A DNA stretch of 8,447 nt from Candidatus Nanopusillus sp. (GTDB lineage Archaea > Nanobdellota > Nanobdellia > Nanobdellales > Nanobdellaceae). The stretch lies in NCBI GenBank assembly GCA_028275775.1, contig JAPWTZ010000018.1, forward strand, positions 1 to 8,447. The letters run 5' to 3'. The notes below the pieces were generated by a model that saw nothing but the letters and a program-made list of their open reading frames with translations, had not been told where the DNA came from and did no database searches. The position numbers and the translations under genes are program-made. This document shows positions 4,625 through 8,447 of the stretch, in pieces; the first letter of the stretch is position 1; every line of letters starts with the position of its first letter.

Positions 4625-5976
4625 TTTAGATATTTTCCAATTAATGGTATTAAATATAATGCATCTACTCTCTTCAAATCATTATATATTTGTCCTGCTA
4701 TTACTATTAATAATAATATACTTACTCCAGATACTGCAGAACTTAATATATCACCTAAAGATGCTAATAGTCCCATTAAAAATCCTGATAAATATCCTAT
4801 GGGATCTATATATTTTCTTAACATATCTTCTACAATTCTTGGATCTCTTGTATATAATGGAGAATTTGGATTACTTGTTAAATAATTTGCCAAATTTTTT
4901 GGATCTAAACCTGTAGCATATATCCAGAATTTAGATATAAACATTCCACCAATTGTAAATAATAGGAAATAAAATATTATATGAAATATATTGAATGGAA
5001 CATATAAATAATCAATTCCAAACTGTCCAATATTTATTATTATATTTGGTGGAGATAACAATTGTACAATTGGATTATTAGGATTGAATCCAAATAAAGA
5101 TTGTACTTCAATTATTAATGCATAAATAAATATTGCAGGAATTACAGAAGTATATAATAATTGTATTGGATATTTAATTATTTCTCCATTAATATTTAGA
5201 TATAATAATGGGACTTCTATTTTTAGTGATTGTAAATATACTGCAAATATTAATATTCCAATTGTAATAATTGCAGCAAATAAAAATGCAAGACCTAAAT
5301 TAATATTTCCTTGTGATAAATATAAAATTCCTTCTGGTATATATCCTGTTGGTTGTGCAAATAAACTTGGTGAACTAGATGGAGGAGAAAGTGGGTTAAA
5401 TAATCTTAAAGCTAATGCAATACTTATTACAGTTAAAATAATAATATTTATTCCAGATGTAATTCCATATTTAAATGAAAAATCATCTAATAATAATATA
5501 ATAAATCCTCCAATAAATAATTGTAAAAATAAAATAATATCTAGAATTATTGGATTTATTCCTAAAAATATGTTTGGTGCTATATTTCCACTTGCAATTA
5601 AAATTATACTTTCTATTATAATAAATATTAATGCAATAAATCTTGTATAATTGTCAAATTTTGTTTTTCCTTCATCAGTATTTATATCAATATTTATTAT
5701 TCCAAGACCAACTAATAGTTGCATAAAAATTCCTGCAACAACTACTGGGGCAATTCCTACACTTGCCAAAGTTCCTAAATTTGATCCAAATAACCATAAA
5801 AATTCTTCCAGTCTTGCAGAAACTTCTGGAGATATTCCAAATAAAGGTATTGATGCTAAAATAGTATATAATGCAATTACTAATAATGTATTATATACCC
5901 TTTCTCTTAAAGATAATAGTTTTTTTGGTTCTTCAATAGTTGGTAAGTATGATATTATTTTATCTATTATACTCAT
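4621..5976 (-). CDS. secY: Preprotein translocase subunit SecY (archaeal Sec61-alpha type)
   Basis: 451 aa and polytopic (about 10 hydrophobic segments). It has the archaeal SecY N-terminus (LPTIEEPKKLLSLRERVYNTLLVIALYTILASIPLFGI). It sits upstream of the DUF106, L34e and L14e genes, as in archaeal ribosomal clusters. Confidence 0.92.
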   Translation of the reverse strand: MSIIDKIISYLPTIEEPKKLLSLRERVYNTLLVIALYTILASIPLFGISPEVSARLEEFLWLFGSNLGTLASVGIAPVVVAGIFMQLLVGLGIINIDINTDEGKTKFDNYTRFIALIFIIIESIILIASGNIAPNIFLGINPIILDIILFLQLFIGGFIILLLDDFSFKYGITSGINIIILTVISIALALRLFNPLSPPSSSPSLFAQPTGYIPEGILYLSQGNINLGLAFLFAAIITIGILIFAVYLQSLKIEVPLLYLNINGEIIKYPIQLLYTSVIPAIFIYALIIEVQSLFGFNPNNPIVQLLSPPNIIINIGQFGIDYLYVPFNIFHIIFYFLLFTIGGMFISKFWIYATGLDPKNLANYLTSNPNSPLYTRDPRIVEDMLRKYIDPIGYLSGFLMGLLASLGDILSSAVSGVSILLLIVIAGQIYNDLKRVDALYLIPLIGKYLK

Positions 5977-5995
5977 AAATAAAACTAATTAAAAA

Positions 5996-6005
5996 TATTT
6001 TTAAA
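5996..6005 (-). promoter_or_regulatory. TATA-box-like element (TTTAAAAATA) about 25 nt upstream of the secY ATG. It could drive a leaderless or near-leaderless transcript.
   Basis: The 32-nt spacer on the minus strand reads TAATTTAAAAATATTTTTAATTAGTTTTATTT followed by ATG. The spacing fits an archaeal TATA-to-TSS distance. TATA-like strings are frequent at this base composition. Confidence 0.3.
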
Positions 6006-6008
6006 TTA

Positions 6009-8081
6009 TTAATCAGCTTTTTCTCCAGAAAAAGTTTCTTGTTTCTTACCTGTTCCTCCAAGATCTATTGGTAATTGTGAGAATATTGAAACAGAATATG
6101 GAGAATATCTTGTATACTGAATATATTCTGGAATAACTTGTATTCCTCCATATGGTAACATTGTGTTAAATTGAGTTGGGATATTTCCATATATATCATA
6201 AGGCCCAGCACCTGCTAATAAATTATAATATTCATTTCCATACATTCTATGGAATTGATTAGCATAATATCCACCAGGTTCATGTACAATTGTTACTTTT
6301 TTATTCTCCAATATATCTCTAAGCTTTTCTAATTCTGATGCAATTATATCATCCCAACCCATTCCTAATGGTAAATGTGTATCTTCTCCAGCTTGTGCTT
6401 CATGAACATGTAAATGTCTAATTTCTGGTTTAATTTCTTCAACCCATTTTAATATATCATCCTTTTTATATCCATATTTTTCAAACATTTTTATATGTCC
6501 GACATCTAATGTAGCCCCTATTCTTTCTTTAACAAATTCATCTACACTACCATATTTTTTCTCAATTTCATTTTTAAAATCAGGATATTTTTCCATATAT
6601 TCTTCTATTACTTCCTTTACTTTTTCCCTTATATTATTTAATAATTTCTTCCATATATCTGGTCTTGTAGCGGGTGCTCCAGGATATGATTCTTCAATAT
6701 TTATATAACTAAAATACTTATCAAAATCTTTATACCATTCTGGATTTCTATCCTTTTCCCTTTCAATTAGCATTCTAACTCCTTCAGCTATTACTTCTGG
6801 AGCTGTTTTTATTGCAACTTCTTGATATGGTTTTACAATTGGAATTGGAAATTCTGAAAATACCGTATTTTTTAGTTGGGATAATAAGTAATCTGTGTTT
6901 GTTATAGATGAATTTATATCATTTACAAAATCAAACATTTTATTCATAAAATAATTCCTATATGCTGGACTATCGTTATTTTGTACAACCTCTTTAGCAA
7001 ATTTTGAAATTTCATATTCATAGTTTTCTATTCTCTTCAAGTTATCTTCAAAATATTGTTTATATTGGGATATCTTATTTCTTGCAGCTTCTCTTAAATC
7101 TGGATCAGCAATATCATTTATATTATTCTCTATTGCGTCAATATATTCTTTTACTTTTTCTAAAAAAGATCTATATCTCTTTAGATTATATAAAAACTCT
7201 CCTATTCTTTCCCTATCTATAGCACTATATCCAAAATAGGCTATTAAGTAATTGTTATTTAATAAATTTCTTTTTATTGCATTGAAATCTTTATCAATAT
7301 CATTAAATATATTCATCCAGACTTTTTCATTTTCTTTATAAATTTCATCAACAACAGAAACAGGTTCTCTTGCTCTTTCTACAGCACCAGATAAATATCT
7401 GCCAGGCATAACAACACCCATATATTCATAATTTCCATCTAAATTAATATATGCAGCTTCATGTTTTGCAAAAGCCCAGGATGGTATGTTCTTTTCTAAT
7501 GTTTCCATATCAATATTATTACTGGTTAATATATTATATTGTTCTGATGTTATATATCCTAATCTATATAATTTTTCTGCAAAAGATTTTCTAAATTCAT
7601 AATTATTTAATAGATCTCTTTTTAATTTTTCTTCAAAATCTTTATCCCATTCTGTTAGTGTAAGATCTCCAGCATGCATATTTACTTTTATTGGTTCTCC
7701 ATAAGTTTTTGCCATTATTTCTGCACTTTCCAATATTACTGATGTTTTATAGGCCATTTGTTTTATATTATCTTTTCTTATATTTCCTCTTTCATCTGTT
7801 GCAGGTAATTGGAAATCCTGTTCAGGGGCATGAATTGTAACTTCTACATTATTTATTTTTGCATTTCTTGCAATCTCTTCAAATATTTGTCTTGGTATCT
7901 TTGCCCATTGTCCAGAAAAGGAAAATGTTTGTATTTCTACTCCAGGATATCCTGACGATATTTTTGATAAATATTCTTGTAATTGATTTACGTTTTGAGG
8001 ACTTGTACTAGTAGATATCCTTCTATTATATAATTCCTTTGGATATTTTTTATCTTCTTCATTTTTATCTTCTTTATCCAT
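6009..8081 (-). CDS. Xylose-isomerase-like/Endonuclease IV-like TIM-barrel metalloprotein with a large internal insertion and a Tyr/Gly/Pro-rich C-terminal tail
   Basis: 690 aa. The barrel's first half holds VEIQTF, TIHAPE (H84) and VNMHAGD (H136). The second half holds YINIEES (E463/464), LDVGHI (D526, H529), LHVHE (H558/560), EDTHLPLGMGW (D567, H569) and IVHEPGG (E601). I checked the codons for H84, H136, E463/464, D526 and H529 directly in the DNA. Confidence 0.65.
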   Translation of the reverse strand: MDKEDKNEEDKKYPKELYNRRISTSTSPQNVNQLQEYLSKISSGYPGVEIQTFSFSGQWAKIPRQIFEEIARNAKINNVEVTIHAPEQDFQLPATDERGNIRKDNIKQMAYKTSVILESAEIMAKTYGEPIKVNMHAGDLTLTEWDKDFEEKLKRDLLNNYEFRKSFAEKLYRLGYITSEQYNILTSNNIDMETLEKNIPSWAFAKHEAAYINLDGNYEYMGVVMPGRYLSGAVERAREPVSVVDEIYKENEKVWMNIFNDIDKDFNAIKRNLLNNNYLIAYFGYSAIDRERIGEFLYNLKRYRSFLEKVKEYIDAIENNINDIADPDLREAARNKISQYKQYFEDNLKRIENYEYEISKFAKEVVQNNDSPAYRNYFMNKMFDFVNDINSSITNTDYLLSQLKNTVFSEFPIPIVKPYQEVAIKTAPEVIAEGVRMLIEREKDRNPEWYKDFDKYFSYINIEESYPGAPATRPDIWKKLLNNIREKVKEVIEEYMEKYPDFKNEIEKKYGSVDEFVKERIGATLDVGHIKMFEKYGYKKDDILKWVEEIKPEIRHLHVHEAQAGEDTHLPLGMGWDDIIASELEKLRDILENKKVTIVHEPGGYYANQFHRMYGNEYYNLLAGAGPYDIYGNIPTQFNTMLPYGGIQVIPEYIQYTRYSPYSVSIFSQLPIDLGGTGKKQETFSGEKAD

Positions 8082-8105
8082 TTATATATAATAGTATCTC
8101 TGAAT

Positions 8106-8447
8106 TTAATAATTTAACATATTGAATGTCTTTTTAAATGTCATATATATTTTCCATGCAGTATCTATTGTTTTTTCTTTTGTTTCTTCAATTATTGGCT
8201 TTTTTTCTTCTTCAATAGTCTTCTTTTTTATATTTTTTTCAATATTTCTAACATCTTTACCAAAAGTTGATATAAATTCAAGTAACCACATTATAATATT
8301 TCCTAAAGTTGGAAATATTAGTGAAATACTTGACTCTTTCTTTTCTTCTTTCTTTTCTTCCTTTTTCTCTTCTTTTTTCTCACTTTCAAGATATTTTTTA
8401 ATCCATGTAATACTTGATAATGCTCTCTTTATTCTTTCATCTTTTTC
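8106..8447 (-). CDS. Hypothetical Lys/Glu-rich protein with one hydrophobic helix. The 5' end is truncated by the window edge.
   Basis: The frame of the 61-aa track ORF stays open from 8291 to the last base (52 more sense codons): EKDERIKRALSSITWIKKYLESEKKEEKKEEKKEEKKESSISLIFPTLGNII-MWLLEF... The Met at 8289-8291 is therefore probably internal. Confidence 0.5.
   Translation of the reverse strand, partial: EKDERIKRALSSITWIKKYLESEKKEEKKEEKKEEKKESSISLIFPTLGNIIMWLLEFISTFGKDVRNIEKNIKKKTIEEEKKPIIEETKEKTIDTAWKIYMTFKKTFNMLNY
8334..8381. repeat. 48-nt uninterrupted polypyrimidine (plus strand) / polypurine (coding strand) low-complexity tract
   Basis: The tract ctctttcttttcttctttcttttcttcctttttctcttcttttttctc contains only C and T. 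It encodes the (E/K)n block KKEEKKEEKKEEKKE of the edge ORF. Confidence 0.6.

Noticed and set aside
4644-4916. 90-aa plus-strand ORF from the track
   Set aside because: It is antisense to secY. The Leu/Ile/Tyr-rich shadow ORF is created by the codon bias of the real gene.
5651-5992. 113-aa plus-strand ORF from the track
   Set aside because: It is antisense to the secY 5' region and has no motifs, so I regard it as a shadow ORF.
7004-7222. 72-aa plus-strand ORF from the track
   Set aside because: It is antisense to the 690-aa TIM-barrel gene, so I regard it as a shadow ORF.
1-8447. CRISPR arrays, transposases or IS ends, toxin-antitoxin pairs and known defence-system signatures
   Set aside because: There are no spaced repeats, no terminal inverted repeats, and no nuclease, ATPase or methylase motifs typical of such systems. 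The content is mainly housekeeping genes plus lineage-specific orphans.

Overview
This is a very AT-rich (about a quarter G+C by eye), tightly packed archaeal chromosomal segment. eL14, eL34 and an archaeal-type SecY establish the domain. The compact layout and missing genes suggest a reduced-genome, DPANN/Nanoarchaeota-like and probably thermophilic lineage, but that is inference only.

The plus strand carries a stand-alone ATP-cone protein, a small orphan gene that looks frameshifted, and a 158-aa orphan. The minus strand carries:
- an AlaX-M-type tRNA(Ala) editing protein
- a YjbQ/UPF0047 protein
- tRNA-Ala(CGC)
- a 55-codon two-helix membrane ORF that is absent from the ORF track
- an overlapping operon: secY, a DUF106/EMC3-like (YidC/Oxa1-superfamily) membrane protein, rpl34e, rpl14e
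- a 690-aa Endo IV/xylose-isomerase-like TIM-barrel protein just upstream of secY
- a Lys/Glu-rich ORF that runs off the right edge

I see no CRISPR array, transposase, integrase, toxin-antitoxin pair or recognisable defence module. I therefore cannot support a claim of a new multi-gene system here.

The most unusual object is the 690-aa TIM-barrel protein. All nine Endo IV-type metal ligands appear to be present, but the barrel is interrupted by a ~315-aa insertion and followed by a Tyr/Gly/Pro-rich tail. Secondary curiosities:
- the secY cluster lacks adk and cmk
- AlaX has Asp in place of the zinc-binding Cys
- the tRNA-Ala has a pyrimidine at position 37
- a likely +1 frameshift lies at 1632-1666

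All functional calls rest on motif recognition by eye and need profile or structure searches.
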